From positions 673 to 64,672 of the forward strand of contig JAAYUC010000044.1 of the NCBI GenBank assembly GCA_012517865.1: DNA of 64,000 nucleotides, in the 5' to 3' direction. The DNA is from Chloroflexota bacterium. Its GTDB lineage: Bacteria > Chloroflexota > Anaerolineae > Anaerolineales > Anaerolineaceae. Below, one piece after another: positions 8,997 through 19,385 of the stretch. The position numbers and the translations under genes were made by a program. A model generated the notes under the pieces. That model was not told the origin of the DNA and did not search any database. It saw only the letters and a list, made by a program, of their open reading frames with translations. Position 1 is the stretch's first letter, and every line of letters starts with the position of its first letter.

Positions 8997-9894
8997 CGCG
9001 CAAGCAGCCCTAAGTGGAGTTCGTTCCTTAGATTTCCCTTAAGGGAAGGTCCGCGAATCAGGGGAGAGTGTTTTTGTTGGGTCGGACAGAAACACTCTCT
9101 TGAGTCTCGCTGTGCTCAGCAGCTTCCCCACAGGGGAAGCCCAAGATATCCAACTTTTTCAGTCTCCCACAAATTCCATCTCGACACGAGCTTAGCCTTC
9201 ATCACGCAAGCAGCCCACAGTGAAGCTCGTTCCTTAGCCCTCCCTTGAGGGAGGGTCCGTGAAGCGGGGGAGAGTGTCTGTTAGTAAAAGAAACTTGACC
9301 CTCATCAGTCGATAGTCCGCTGCGTGCAGGATCCAGGATCCGCAGGAGAAGGCAAACGATCCTCTTCAGTCTCGCTTCGCTCGCCAGCTTCGCCTTAAGG
9401 AAGCCCAGTTAAACTCGTCGATATGCTCTACAGTTTAACCTGCCGCTTACAAGTCGTCTTTAAGAATACAAGCAGACCTATTTTAGTTTCTAGTCCTCTG
9501 CGCTTCCGGAGCCAGAATCTACAGATGAAGGCAACTGACCCTCTTCAGTCTCGCTGCGCTCGCCAGCTTCCCCCAGGGGAAGCTTAGCTAAACACGTCGC
9601 TACGCTTGCAAACTTCCCCGTGATGAAGCCCAATTCTTAGCCCTACCTCGAGGGAGGGTCTACGCAGCGGGGGAGAGTGTTTTTATGCGTTCGATAATCG
9701 CGACATTGTTTACTCTGGCATCCATCATACGGTGTAAGACAGCCTAGCATACCAAATGCGAGCTATCCTGACCGAAGTAGACTGAACTTCTTCAGTCTCG
9801 CTGAATCCGCCAGGCTCCCCCTGGGAAAGCCAAATGACCCTCTTCAGTCTCCCGACCGCTGTGCGGCGTGAGCCAGCTTCCCAAAGGGGAAGCC
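8997..9894. repeat. ORF-free array of two interspersed hairpin-repeat families (A ~44 nt in 5-6 copies; B ~72 nt in 3 copies)
   Basis: Family A has the form CTCTTCAGTCTCGCTGCGCTCGCCAGCTTCCCC-N3-GGGGAAGC. Copies lie at 9097-9140, 9362-9404, 9541-9583, 9787-9830 and 9840-9893, with a partial copy at 9154-9168. Family B has the form GCAAGCAGCCC..AGTG.AG.TCGTTCCTTAG-(TCCCTT.AGGGA hairpin)-...GGGGAGAGTGT. Copies lie at 9000-9071, 9206-9277 and 9604-9680. The ORF track has no ORF of 60 aa or more on any frame between 8880 and 9867. Confidence 0.8.
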
Positions 9895-9927
9895 TTAAAG
9901 CCGCTCCCCATCAGCTATAATATCCGC

Positions 9928-11970
9928 ATGGATTTCGAACTCCACGCCCCCTACCAACCCACCGGAGACCAGCCCGAAGCCATCCGCCAACTCGTCGAAG
10001 GCATCCAAAAGGGCTACCGCAACCAGGTTCTGCTCGGCGCCACCGGCACCGGCAAAACCTTCACGGTCGCCAACGTCATTCAGCAGCTGCAAATCCCCAC
10101 CCTGGTGATGACGCACAATAAAACCCTGGCTGCCCAGCTCTACGCCGAGTTCCGCGAATTCTTCCCCAACAACGCGGTGGAATACTTCGTCTCCTACTAC
10201 GACTACTACCAACCCGAAGCCTACATCCCCCGCCGCGACCTGTACATCGAAAAGGAAACGGACATCAACGAGGATATCGAGCGCCTGCGGCTCTCGGCCA
10301 CCACCAGCCTGATGTCCCGCCAGGATGTCATCATAGTCGCGTCGGTCTCCGCCATCTACGGCCTGGGCGACCCGGAAGCCTACGGCAAGAGCGTGCTCAC
10401 CATCCAGAAGGGTAAAATTTACCGCCGCAACGCGCTGCTGCGCCAGCTGGTGGATATCCAGTACCAGCGCAATGATGTGGAGCTGAAGCCGGGCGTGTTC
10501 CGCCTGCGCGGGGATACGCTCGAAATCCTGCCGGCCTACAGCGAGCGCGAAGCCGTGCGCATCAGCTATTTTGGGGATGAGGTGGAATCCATCACCCGCC
10601 TGAACCGCCTGACTGGCGAGGTCTTGGAAACGCCCGACCAGGTGGAAATCTACCCCGCCAAGCATTACATCACCGAAGAACACCGCATGGAAAAAACTCT
10701 GGCGGATATCGAAGCCGAGCTGGAAGAGCGGCTGGCGTACTTCAAGCGCGAAGGGCGCCTCCTGGAAGCCCAGCGCCTGGAACAGCGCACCCGCTACGAC
10801 CTGGAGATGCTGCGCGAAATAGGCTCCTGTGCCGGCATCGAAAACTACTCCCGCCACATTGACCAGCGCGCCCCGGGCACCCCGCCCTGGACCCTGCTGG
10901 ACTTCATGCCCTCCCGCTACCTGCTCGTGCTGGATGAATCGCACATGATGGTGCCGCAGCTGCGCGGTATGTACAACGGCGACCGCTCCCGCAAGGAAAT
11001 TCTGGTGGAATACGGCTTCCGCCTGCCTTCCGCGCTGGATAACCGCCCGCTCAAATTCCCGGAGTTTGAAAAAATGATGGGGATAACGCTGTATACCAGC
11101 GCCACACCCGGCCCCTACGAGTTGAGCAAAGCCGACCAGGTGGTCGAGCAAATTATCCGCCCGACCGGTTTGCTGGACCCGCAAATCAGCGTGCGCCCCA
11201 CCCTGGGCCAGATTGACGACCTGATTGCCGAGCTGCGCAAGCGCGTGGAGAAAGGCGAACGCGCTCTGGTGACCACTCTCACCAAGCGCATGGCCGAAGA
11301 TATGGCCAACTATCTGCTGGAAATGGGCTTCAAGGTGCACTACCTGCACTCGGAAGTTGAAACGCTGGACCGCGTCGGCATCCTGCGCGACCTGCGCACC
11401 GGCGTGTTCGACGTAGTGGTCGGCATCAACCTGCTGCGCGAAGGGCTGGACCTGCCCGAGGTTTCGCTGGTTGCCATCCTGGACGCTGATAAAGAAGGCT
11501 TCTTGCGTTCCTCCACCGCCCTGATTCAGAATTTTGGCCGCGCGGCGCGCCACATTAACGGGCAGGTCATTCTTTACGCCGATAAAATGACCGATGCGAT
11601 GAAAAGCGCCATCGACGAAACCAACCGCCGGCGCGCCAAGCAAGAAGCCTACAACGCCGAGCACCATATCTCCCCGGTGGGCATCACCAAAGCCGTGCGC
11701 GATATCACCGACCAGCTGGCCAGCGCGGCGGGCATCGAGCAGCCAGTCAGCAGAAACGCGCGCGAACTGGCCGCCAGGATGGAAGCCAGGGAGATGGAAA
11801 AGATGATTCGCGAAATGGAAAAACAAATGCGCGCCGCTGCTGCCGAACTGCAGTTCGAGCGCGCTGCTATGCTGCGCGACCAGATTTACGAGCTGCGCGC
11901 GCTGGTCGCGGAGAATTCCAACCTGCCGCCCTGGAAAAAGCAGGAACTGCTGGCAGGCAGGGACGATTAG
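9928..11970 (+). CDS. uvrB: Excinuclease ABC subunit B
   Basis: [25 protein letters not shown], Walker [10 protein letters not shown], helicase motifs, and a C-terminal UVR domain ([18 protein letters not shown]). I chose the ATG at 9928, 7 nt after TATAAT (9916-9921). The GTG at 9868 lies inside repeat copy A5. Confidence 0.95.
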   Translation: MDFELHAPYQPTGDQPEAIRQLVEGIQKGYRNQVLLGATGTGKTFTVANVIQQLQIPTLVMTHNKTLAAQLYAEFREFFPNNAVEYFVSYYDYYQPEAYIPRRDLYIEKETDINEDIERLRLSATTSLMSRQDVIIVASVSAIYGLGDPEAYGKSVLTIQKGKIYRRNALLRQLVDIQYQRNDVELKPGVFRLRGDTLEILPAYSEREAVRISYFGDEVESITRLNRLTGEVLETPDQVEIYPAKHYITEEHRMEKTLADIEAELEERLAYFKREGRLLEAQRLEQRTRYDLEMLREIGSCAGIENYSRHIDQRAPGTPPWTLLDFMPSRYLLVLDESHMMVPQLRGMYNGDRSRKEILVEYGFRLPSALDNRPLKFPEFEKMMGITLYTSATPGPYELSKADQVVEQIIRPTGLLDPQISVRPTLGQIDDLIAELRKRVEKGERALVTTLTKRMAEDMANYLLEMGFKVHYLHSEVETLDRVGILRDLRTGVFDVVVGINLLREGLDLPEVSLVAILDADKEGFLRSSTALIQNFGRAARHINGQVILYADKMTDAMKSAIDETNRRRAKQEAYNAEHHISPVGITKAVRDITDQLASAAGIEQPVSRNARELAARMEAREMEKMIREMEKQMRAAAAELQFERAAMLRDQIYELRALVAENSNLPPWKKQELLAGRDD

Positions 11971-11973
11971 GCC

Positions 11974-12273
11974 CTAATCGTATATCCGGACGCGAAAACC
12001 GGCTTCCCCGCCGATGGGCGGAAGCCACTCCGGCCGCACCCGCCGGACGTACGCACCGGCAGGCCCCTCCTCAAGCAATTCCAGGAACGTCAGCAGGTCT
12101 TCGCGCGGGCCCTCGGCTTCGGCTTCCACAGCCCCGCTGGGCAGGTTGCGTACCCACCCCGAAAGGCCCAGCCGGCGCGCCTGTTCAACCGTGAAGTAAC
12201 GGAAGCCTACCCCCTGCACGTGCCCCTCCACGATGACATGCACCCGTTTGATTTCGTCAGCGCCCGCGTCCAC
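11974..12273 (-). CDS. acyP: Acylphosphatase
   Basis: 99 aa with the signature VEGHVQGVGFRYF ... GWVRNL. Confidence 0.85.
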   Translation of the reverse strand: MDAGADEIKRVHVIVEGHVQGVGFRYFTVEQARRLGLSGWVRNLPSGAVEAEAEGPREDLLTFLELLEEGPAGAYVRRVRPEWLPPIGGEAGFRVRIYD

Positions 12274-12299
12274 AGCCCGTCCTTTTGCTCGTCCGCTTT

Positions 12300-13439
12300 T
12301 CAGATTTCGTCGTCATCCTCGTAGCCGTAGTCGTCGATATCCTCTTCATCGTCGAGGTCCAGGTCGTAGTCCTCGTCGCTGGTGTAGGCGGCCCATTCTT
12401 CCGGGTCATAGCCGCGGCTTTCCCAGCCTTCTTCCTCGTCTGCCAGGCCGAATTTGCTTTCCTTATCCAATGAACTCTCCAGGTCTTCGTCAAGGCCAAG
12501 GTCCATCAGGCTGAATATTTCTTTATCCTCCGTAAAGGTCAGCACATCCATGGCTTCTTCCACCAGGTCAATGTCCTCGTCATCGTCCAGACGTTCCAGC
12601 AGGCGCTCAAACGCTTTTTCCACGCCTTCGCCGCCAATTTGCGAGAGCGCCCAAACTGCTTCGCGGCGCAGCTCTGTGTTATCAAACTCGCGCTCCAGCG
12701 CGCGCAGCAAGGTCGCGCGGGCTTCTTCAATCGCCAGCTCGCCCGCAGCGTGCACCGCCTGCAGGCGTACAGGCAGGTTCTCGTCGTTGAGGTGAGAGAG
12801 CACAATATCCTCCCACTGCTCATCGGCCGATTTTCCCATCGCGAACAGCGCGCTCTCCAGCCAGCCTTCTTCCGGCCGGGCGCTGGCTGCGCGCAGCAGG
12901 GCGGGCACCTCCTCCCGGCTGGAATACCCGAGCGATTCCAAAGCCCGGCGGCGGACAAGCTCGGACTCATCCTCATTGTAGGATTTCAGCAGGGCGTTTT
13001 CGACGCGCTTAAGCAGCGTGGAATGGATGCGGTCAAATTCACCCAAATACACAAAAGGCCCCAGCGCGTTGGCTGCCGCCGCGCGAACTTCATTGTTCCC
13101 GCTTTCGCTCAGCAGGTACAAAAAGCGCGGCAAAAGCCGGGTATCTGCCGCTTCAAAGAGCAGGTCTATGGCGGAAATTTTGACCTGGTCGTCGCTGTCC
13201 TCCAGGGCAATGCGCCCGACTTCCTCAAAGAGCATCAGGTTGTCCCGTTCCGCCATCTCGTTCAGGTCTTCCAGCAGAGCGCGGCGGCGTTGCAAAGGAA
13301 TTTGCTCCCAGATATCATGGAGCTGCTGACATTCCCGCGGTTCAAGGTCCGAGAAAGCATAAAGCAAGCTGGCAGGGAAAGCTTTGTCAGCATCCAGTAA
13401 TGCCTGGATGACTTCGGTAATTGTGTTTTCTTTCTGCAT
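12300..13439 (-). CDS. HEAT-repeat protein with a strongly acidic C-terminal tail
   Basis: Repeated helical ~30-aa units (for example NNEVRAAAANALG, ELVRRRALESLG, LPVRLQAVHAAG). The tail reads DEDYDLDLDDEEDIDDYGYEDDDEI. I chose the ATG at 13439 (MQKEN...) because GGAGG lies upstream and this avoids overlap with rseP. Confidence 0.7.
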   Translation of the reverse strand: MQKENTITEVIQALLDADKAFPASLLYAFSDLEPRECQQLHDIWEQIPLQRRRALLEDLNEMAERDNLMLFEEVGRIALEDSDDQVKISAIDLLFEAADTRLLPRFLYLLSESGNNEVRAAAANALGPFVYLGEFDRIHSTLLKRVENALLKSYNEDESELVRRRALESLGYSSREEVPALLRAASARPEEGWLESALFAMGKSADEQWEDIVLSHLNDENLPVRLQAVHAAGELAIEEARATLLRALEREFDNTELRREAVWALSQIGGEGVEKAFERLLERLDDDEDIDLVEEAMDVLTFTEDKEIFSLMDLGLDEDLESSLDKESKFGLADEEEGWESRGYDPEEWAAYTSDEDYDLDLDDEEDIDDYGYEDDDEI

Positions 13440-13452
13440 GGTTCCTCCGGTG

Positions 13453-14529
13453 CTACGGCTGAATGATTGGGTTGACAAAGTCCTGTACTGTGATAAAGAC
13501 CATCAAACCAATCAGGAGGATGAAAAACAGCGAATTAATCGCGTTCGCGACCCGCTGCGGGATTCGTTTCTTAAACAGAAACTCCGGCAGCAAAAAGAGA
13601 ATCTGCCCGCCGTCCAGGGCGGGGATGGGCAGTAAGTTGGTAAGCCCCAGCGCGATGGATACCGTGCTGATGACGGAAAGCCGAAAAACCGGCAAAGGGG
13701 TCGCGGCAGCCACAGCGCTGGTTTGGTCCAGCTCGCTGGCGTTGCTAAAAATGTCAAAGATGCCTTTAATCCCAACCAGGCGGGCATCTTCCCCGGAAAC
13801 CTTGCCTGTAATCAGGTTGTACGGCAGCAGGAGGGTTTGCTTGGCCTGGTAGCCAAAGGCCTGGAAAGCGCTGCCGAGCGCCTTGAAAAATGGCAAAGGC
13901 GCGTAAGCGTTGGTGTACCAGATGCCGACGGAACCTTCGCCTTCCGGCGGGTTCAGGCGCGGAGTCAGTTCGATGCTCAGGCTTTCGCCTTCGCGCAGCA
14001 CCGTAAATGTGAGCGGTTTGCCAAGGCTGTCCTGGATGAGCTTGCTCATATGGTCCAGGTCTTTCAGAGCGGTCCCGTTCACAGCAGTAATCACATCACC
14101 CACCTGGAGCGCAGCGTTCGCAGCAGGCGAAGCCGGGGCAATTTCGGTAATCAGAGCCTGATTTTGCACCGGACTTCCGATGGCGGAAAACATCAGCACC
14201 AGCACCAGAATTCCAATCAAAAAGTTCATTCCGGCGCCGGAAACGAGCACAAGGAAGCGCTTCCAGGCCGGCGCGGCGGCCATCCCGCCTTCCACAGTCT
14301 CATCGCCCTCTCCTTTGGGGCGCACAAAGCCGCCAAATGGAATCCAGTTCAGGGTCACATCCGTGCCTTTCCAGGTGAACAATTTAAGCAGCCGGGGAGG
14401 GTATCCAAAACCGAACTCCTCAATTTGGATGCCAAGCGATTTCGCGGTCAGGAAATGACCGAGTTCGTGAAAAAACACAAGCAATCCGAAAACAAACACG
14501 AACTGCAAAATAGTTAAGAATGGTGTCAT
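13453..14529 (-). CDS. rseP: Site-2 (M50) intramembrane zinc metalloprotease, RseP-like, with a PDZ domain
   Basis: HELGHF (HExxH), a PDZ-like block LQVGDVITAVNG, and NLLPIPALDGG. I chose the ATG at 14529 (MTPFLTIL...) with AAGGAG upstream. The remaining 129 N-terminal residues of the ORF-track ORF look non-coding. Confidence 0.85.
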   Translation of the reverse strand: MTPFLTILQFVFVFGLLVFFHELGHFLTAKSLGIQIEEFGFGYPPRLLKLFTWKGTDVTLNWIPFGGFVRPKGEGDETVEGGMAAAPAWKRFLVLVSGAGMNFLIGILVLVLMFSAIGSPVQNQALITEIAPASPAANAALQVGDVITAVNGTALKDLDHMSKLIQDSLGKPLTFTVLREGESLSIELTPRLNPPEGEGSVGIWYTNAYAPLPFFKALGSAFQAFGYQAKQTLLLPYNLITGKVSGEDARLVGIKGIFDIFSNASELDQTSAVAAATPLPVFRLSVISTVSIALGLTNLLPIPALDGGQILFLLPEFLFKKRIPQRVANAINSLFFILLIGLMVFITVQDFVNPIIQP

Positions 14530-14662
14530 CAGCGTGCTACTCCTTATATTCGGAATTATACCCACAATGGCAGTCAGGCTGCTGCCCGCGGGGCGGGATG
14601 TATAAGCGCGATCACTCTGCCGCCTCGCTTTTCCGAAAGTGGGTTGGGGTATAATTTTGCCT

Positions 14663-17458
14663 ATGCCCATCATTGTCGCCCTTGACCTGGAAACTACCGG
14701 ATTGGACCCGGCGCAGGACGCTGTAATTGAAATCGGGGCGGTAAAGTTTAACGATACACGCGTGGAAGCCGAATACTCCACGCTCATCAATCCCCGCAAG
14801 CCAATCAGCGCCTTCATCACCAACCTGACCGGCATCACCAACAGTATGGTGATGAACGCCCCCCTGCTGATTAACGCCCTGCCCGACCTGGTGAATTTTA
14901 TCGGCGACGCGCCCATCCTTGGTCAGAACATCGGCTTTGACCTGGCCTTCTTGCAAAAAGCGGGCATTCTGCGCGCCAATCCCATCCTGGACACGTACGA
15001 ACTGGCGTCCGTTCTGATGCCCAGCGCGGCGCGTTATAGTCTCGGCGCGCTTGCCAGCCAATTGGGAGTGCTGCAGCCCGCCACCCACCGCGCGTTGGAT
15101 GATGCCCGCGCCACACACGCGGTTTACCTGGAATTGATGAACCAACTGGAGCGTCTGCCGATTGAGTTGGTGGCTGAGATTTTGCGATTAAGCGAAGGTC
15201 TTGGTTGGAACGGCGAGCTTCCTTTCCGCTGGACGCTGCAAAAGCTTACCCGCCAGGGCATCCGCCCCAAAAAAGGCAGCGGCGAGGCAGGAACACTGTT
15301 CGCCTCTGCGAAACCGCCGCAGACCAAACCTTTGGTGCCCGTCGACACGCCGAAACCGCTCGAGTCCGAAGCTCTGGCAGCTGCTTTGGAACCCGGCGGC
15401 GAGTTTGACCGCCATTTTCCCGGCTTTGAACACCGCTCTCAGCAGGTACAAATGCTGCGGGCAGTGGCGGACGCGTTTTCACAGCAAAAGCACCTGATGG
15501 TGGAAGCCGGCACAGGCACGGGCAAGTCCCTGGCATATCTTATTCCGGCGGCTGCCTGGGCGCTGCAAAACGGCGAGCGGGTGGTCATCTCCACCAACAC
15601 CATCGCTCTGCAGGACCAGCTTGTCAATAAAGACATCCCCGACATGATTGCCGCCCTGGACCTGGATATCAACGTTTCGGTGCTGAAAGGGCGCAACAAC
15701 TACCTTTGTCCGCGCCGCCTGAACCTGCTGCGCAGGCGGCAGCCGGAGACCGTCGACGAGCTGCGCGTTCTGGCCAAAGTTTTGGTCTGGCTGCAGTCCA
15801 GCGACAGCGGCGACCGCAACGAGATAAACCTGAATGGTCCTGTGGAGCGGTCGGTATGGTCGCGCCTTTCGGCCGAGGACGAGGGCTGCAAGCTGGAAGT
15901 CTGCCTCAAGCGTACTGGCGGCCGCTGCCCCTACTACCGCGCCCGCATTGCTGCCGATTCCGCTCACATTTTGATTGTCAACCACGCGCTGCTGCTGGCA
16001 GATGCCGCGGCAAACGGACGCGTGCTGCCGGAATACCGCTATCTGATTGTGGATGAAGCGCATCACCTCGAATCCGCAACCACAGAAGCGATGTCTTTTA
16101 AATTACGCGCCCCCGATGTCACCCGGCTGGTGCGCGAACTCGGCAGCGCCGAGCAGGGTGTATTTGGACGCCTGCTCGCGGCAGCCCAATCGGAGCTTAA
16201 CCCCTCTGAACTCGCCGCACTTACCAACGCGGTTGAGCAGGCTACCGACCTGGCTTTCAGGCTGGATAACGCCATCAGCGCCTACTTCCGCGCGCTGGAA
16301 AACGCCATGGCTGAGATGCAGGAAGGCAAACCTGTCAGCCAGTACGCCCAGCAGGAGCGCATCACGGAAAGCAAACGCAAAGCGCCTTTTTGGTTCGATG
16401 TGGAAGTCACCTGGGAAAGCGCTCAGGTTTGTCTGCGCGACCTGCTGAACGCGATTAAGAACATCCGAGAAGGCGTGCGCGGATTGGCCGATTCGGAAAA
16501 CGAGGAAGTGGAAGACCTGCTTGGCATTCTGGGCACAATGAGCATGAACCTGCTCGAAATTGACACCCAGCTGGAGGGTCTGACCCTGAAACCGGACCCC
16601 AATACAATTTACTGGGTGGAACAGGACCCGCTGCAGCATCGGCTGACCCTTCAGGCCGCCCCGCTTGACATCGGCCGGCTGATGGAAAAAACGCTCTGGT
16701 ACAGCAAGGAAAGCGTGATTCTCACATCCGCGACACTCACCACGCACGGCGAGTTCGATTATCTGCGGCGGCGCCTGAACGCCGAAGATGCTGATGAACT
16801 TACCGTCGGCTCGCCATTTGACTACGAAAACTCCGCGCTGGTCTATCTCGCGCGGGATATCCCCGAACCGAAAGAGGCGCATCCTTTCCAAAAAGCGGCC
16901 GAAGAAACGCTGGTACGGCTGGCAAAAGCCACCGGCGGCCGCATGCTGGCGCTTTTCACCTCCTATGCCCAACTGCAGAGGACCTCGCGGGCAATTGAGG
17001 GACCGCTGGCAAAGGCGGATATAACGGTCTATGAGCAGGGAGAGGGAGCCTCCGCGTCCGCGCTGCTGGATGTGTTTAAAGAAACGCCCAGGGCGGTGCT
17101 GCTGGGTACCCGCGCGTTTTGGGAGGGTGTGGACGTGCCGGGCGAAGCGCTTTCGGTGCTGGTGATAACCAAGCTGCCCTTCGATGTGCCTTCGGACCCG
17201 ATTGTGGAAGCCCGTTCCGAAAGTTTTGACGACCCGTTTAATGAATACATGCTTCCGGAGGCTATCCTGCGCTTCCGCCAGGGCTTTGGGCGCTTGATTC
17301 GCACTCAGACGGACCGCGGCGTGGTCGCGATTCTGGATAAACGCATCCTCAGTAAACAGTACGGCCGTCTTTTTATGGAATCCCTGCCGGACTGCACTGT
17401 AATTGAAGGCTCCCTGGCCAACCTTCCGGAAAAAGCCGCCAGCTGGTTGGGAAGCTAA
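14663..17458 (+). CDS. dinG: DnaQ-type 3'-5' exonuclease fused to a DinG-family ATP-dependent DNA helicase
   Basis: N-terminus IVALDLETTGLD (Exo I) and H-x4-D (THRALDDARAT). The helicase part has Walker A EAGTGTGKSLAYL and the DEAH box VDEAHHLE. The ATG at 14663 lies 7 nt after TATAAT (14650-14655). Confidence 0.9.
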   Translation: MPIIVALDLETTGLDPAQDAVIEIGAVKFNDTRVEAEYSTLINPRKPISAFITNLTGITNSMVMNAPLLINALPDLVNFIGDAPILGQNIGFDLAFLQKAGILRANPILDTYELASVLMPSAARYSLGALASQLGVLQPATHRALDDARATHAVYLELMNQLERLPIELVAEILRLSEGLGWNGELPFRWTLQKLTRQGIRPKKGSGEAGTLFASAKPPQTKPLVPVDTPKPLESEALAAALEPGGEFDRHFPGFEHRSQQVQMLRAVADAFSQQKHLMVEAGTGTGKSLAYLIPAAAWALQNGERVVISTNTIALQDQLVNKDIPDMIAALDLDINVSVLKGRNNYLCPRRLNLLRRRQPETVDELRVLAKVLVWLQSSDSGDRNEINLNGPVERSVWSRLSAEDEGCKLEVCLKRTGGRCPYYRARIAADSAHILIVNHALLLADAAANGRVLPEYRYLIVDEAHHLESATTEAMSFKLRAPDVTRLVRELGSAEQGVFGRLLAAAQSELNPSELAALTNAVEQATDLAFRLDNAISAYFRALENAMAEMQEGKPVSQYAQQERITESKRKAPFWFDVEVTWESAQVCLRDLLNAIKNIREGVRGLADSENEEVEDLLGILGTMSMNLLEIDTQLEGLTLKPDPNTIYWVEQDPLQHRLTLQAAPLDIGRLMEKTLWYSKESVILTSATLTTHGEFDYLRRRLNAEDADELTVGSPFDYENSALVYLARDIPEPKEAHPFQKAAEETLVRLAKATGGRMLALFTSYAQLQRTSRAIEGPLAKADITVYEQGEGASASALLDVFKETPRAVLLGTRAFWEGVDVPGEALSVLVITKLPFDVPSDPIVEARSESFDDPFNEYMLPEAILRFRQGFGRLIRTQTDRGVVAILDKRILSKQYGRLFMESLPDCTVIEGSLANLPEKAASWLGS

Positions 17459-17649
17459 ACACCCTTATCGATTAATCCGGACGCGGCAGCCTGGATGCCA
17501 GGCCGCGGGCGAATTTTCCTTTCTCATACCGAGAAGCCTCAGCTCTGGCGCCCTGAACAACAGGAAAGCCGCGCTGGTGGTAAGACAAACTCTCCTCCGC
17601 TGTGGCTGCCGCTCCCAGCAAAGCCGCGCCTGCCGTTATAATAACCGCT

Positions 17650-19299
17650 ATGAAATCTTCGCGACTGCGACCGATGAAAGCGCGGGCAGCCATCCGGCGC
17701 AGCCTGTGGGTATGCGCCATCCTGCCAATGCTGCTGACCAATGCGCTGTGGGGCTGCGCAGGCGTGAACGCTGAGGGCACGCCGCCTGCCGCGGTCGCGT
17801 CGACCTTCACCGCCACACCTGCCGCGCTCGCGTCCACCTTCACGGCCACTCCCACCGCGGCCGCCGCGCACTTCGCGAACACCCCGACCCCGCTCCCGAT
17901 AACGCAAACACCAACAGCCGCGGCAGCCGCGCAGAAAGACCCGGCTTCCGAGCGCGCTGCCGCGCTGGCAGAGCAGCTGTACCGCGCCAGCCTGGAGTAT
18001 GTCGCCGAAACGACCGCCGAGGCGAACGCTGTGGTCAAGCGCATTAAATTCAACCGCGGCGCGTACGAGAGCGTAAAAAACGCCTGCGGTCCGCTCAGCA
18101 TCGCCATCATGCGCAGCGGCGGCATCCTGCCGGCCACTACCAGCGTGCGGGAAATCTGGCTGCTTTGCGCCCGTGAAGGCGGCAGCTGCAACGGCATGTC
18201 GGTGCTCAAACGCGAGTATTTCCCGCCGGATGAATTCGATTACTTCCAAACTAAACAGAGTGTGCGGGATTTCGATTTCTCCGCCCATCCGCTGCAGGCA
18301 GGGGACTGGCTTTACCTGTTCGTCAAACACAACGGATTTGACCATATGTTGGTGGTCACGCGCGTAGACGCCAACGGCGCCGCCTATACCGTCACCAACC
18401 TGAACCGCGGCGACGGCTTCAAAATTACCGAAGAAGTGCTGTATGACCCGACCAAACCGGGTACCGGGCTGTTTTATGAACTGACAGACCCCATACGGCT
18501 GAAGTACGAGCGCTATCTCGGCCTCAGCGGAGACGGCGGTTTTATAATTGTGCGCCGCAAAGGCGGGCTGGCGGCTGTCCCTCCATTCAATCAGGCTCTG
18601 GATGCCGCGCTGGCAGAAGGCACGGTTTGGTACGGCCTGATAAAAGAAGTCGGCAGCGATTCGCCAGTCTACGAAAGCAATTTGCATTCCCTTTTTCACC
18701 CCGCCAGCATGATAAAAATTCCCCTGGCTATGCTGGTCTTGCGCGGCCTGGAAAACCAGGGCAAGACGCCTGCCGACCTGCTAACCCTCAGTTTTGGCAC
18801 AAAAACGCTGGACCAGCTGCTCTCGGATATGGTGGTTTACAGCGATGAGGACGCTGCCGCGGCGCTGCTCCTTTACCTCGACAACCTCAAAATCGGCTCC
18901 GCCGCTCTCCGAACCTGGGGATTGCTGGATACAAGCCTGAACCCGCGCCAAAGCACCGCCGCAGACCTCGCGCGGGCCTTGGAAGGGCTTTACTCGGGCG
19001 GATTTTTGGGAGACGCGATGCGGGAGTACCTGCTGGGGTTGATGGCAGAACGTACTGAGAATGACAGCATGTACCTGGGCTCCCTCAGCCAACTGCTGCC
19101 CGGCGCGGTATTCTACAATAAGCGCGGAACCAGCGCTTCGCCTCCGATTGTGGGAGATATGGGCATCCTGGTATATCAGGGCAAAGCCTGGATAATCGTG
19201 CTTTCCGGCCGCCCGGACGAACTGGTCGGCAGCACGTACGCCGCGCTGGAGAGCAGCATTACCGCTGCCGCGGGAATTTTGGCAGACCTCCTGCGCTGA
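17650..19299 (+). CDS. Lipoprotein with a central C39-like cysteine-peptidase-like region and a C-terminal class-A beta-lactamase-like serine-hydrolase domain
   Basis: Lipobox LTNALWGC. An Ala/Thr/Pro linker contains a 2 x 33-bp in-frame repeat (17791-17856, xASTFTATPxA). NACGPLSIAIM followed later by GFDHMLVV suggests a Cys/His pair. The motif SMIK (SxxK) in HPASMIKIPLAMLVL is typical of serine beta-lactamase or transpeptidase folds. Confidence 0.65.
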   Translation: MKSSRLRPMKARAAIRRSLWVCAILPMLLTNALWGCAGVNAEGTPPAAVASTFTATPAALASTFTATPTAAAAHFANTPTPLPITQTPTAAAAAQKDPASERAAALAEQLYRASLEYVAETTAEANAVVKRIKFNRGAYESVKNACGPLSIAIMRSGGILPATTSVREIWLLCAREGGSCNGMSVLKREYFPPDEFDYFQTKQSVRDFDFSAHPLQAGDWLYLFVKHNGFDHMLVVTRVDANGAAYTVTNLNRGDGFKITEEVLYDPTKPGTGLFYELTDPIRLKYERYLGLSGDGGFIIVRRKGGLAAVPPFNQALDAALAEGTVWYGLIKEVGSDSPVYESNLHSLFHPASMIKIPLAMLVLRGLENQGKTPADLLTLSFGTKTLDQLLSDMVVYSDEDAAAALLLYLDNLKIGSAALRTWGLLDTSLNPRQSTAADLARALEGLYSGGFLGDAMREYLLGLMAERTENDSMYLGSLSQLLPGAVFYNKRGTSASPPIVGDMGILVYQGKAWIIVLSGRPDELVGSTYAALESSITAAAGILADLLR

Positions 19300-19385
19300 G
19301 GAGACCGGTTGGCAATAAACCCGGCAGGCCGCTGAGGCAGCACGAAACGGATGATGCCCCGCCGCAAACAGGGTTGACTGGACAT

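Noticed and set aside
8997-9894. Possible CRISPR array, because of multiple short GC-rich palindromic repeats.
   Set aside because: The repeat copies are degenerate, belong to two different families, and are spaced irregularly (51-405 nt). There are no uniform spacers, no cas genes in the window and no leader.
9895-11826. 643-aa ORF antisense to uvrB. Similar long antisense ORFs occur at 3034-4686 and 4906-5916 (opposite PFOR), 5959-7650, 39831-41381 (opposite cysS), 53657-54622 (opposite groEL) and 60176-61486.
   Set aside because: Each lies opposite a gene with unmistakable conserved motifs. Their translations are Arg/Gly/Ala/His-rich and low in complexity, with no recognisable motif. This is the usual stop-codon-poor antisense frame of high-GC DNA.
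13453-14916. Full 487-aa ORF as the rseP gene.
   Set aside because: The first 129 residues have no TM or protease features and would overlap the dinG promoter region. An internal ATG at 14529 with AAGGAG gives a canonical M50 protease N-terminus.
17472-18699. Minus-strand ORFs of 245 and 386 aa.
   Set aside because: They are antisense to the lipoprotein gene, which has a lipobox, an SxxK motif and a promoter-proximal start. Their translations are Ala/Arg/Gly-rich and low in complexity.
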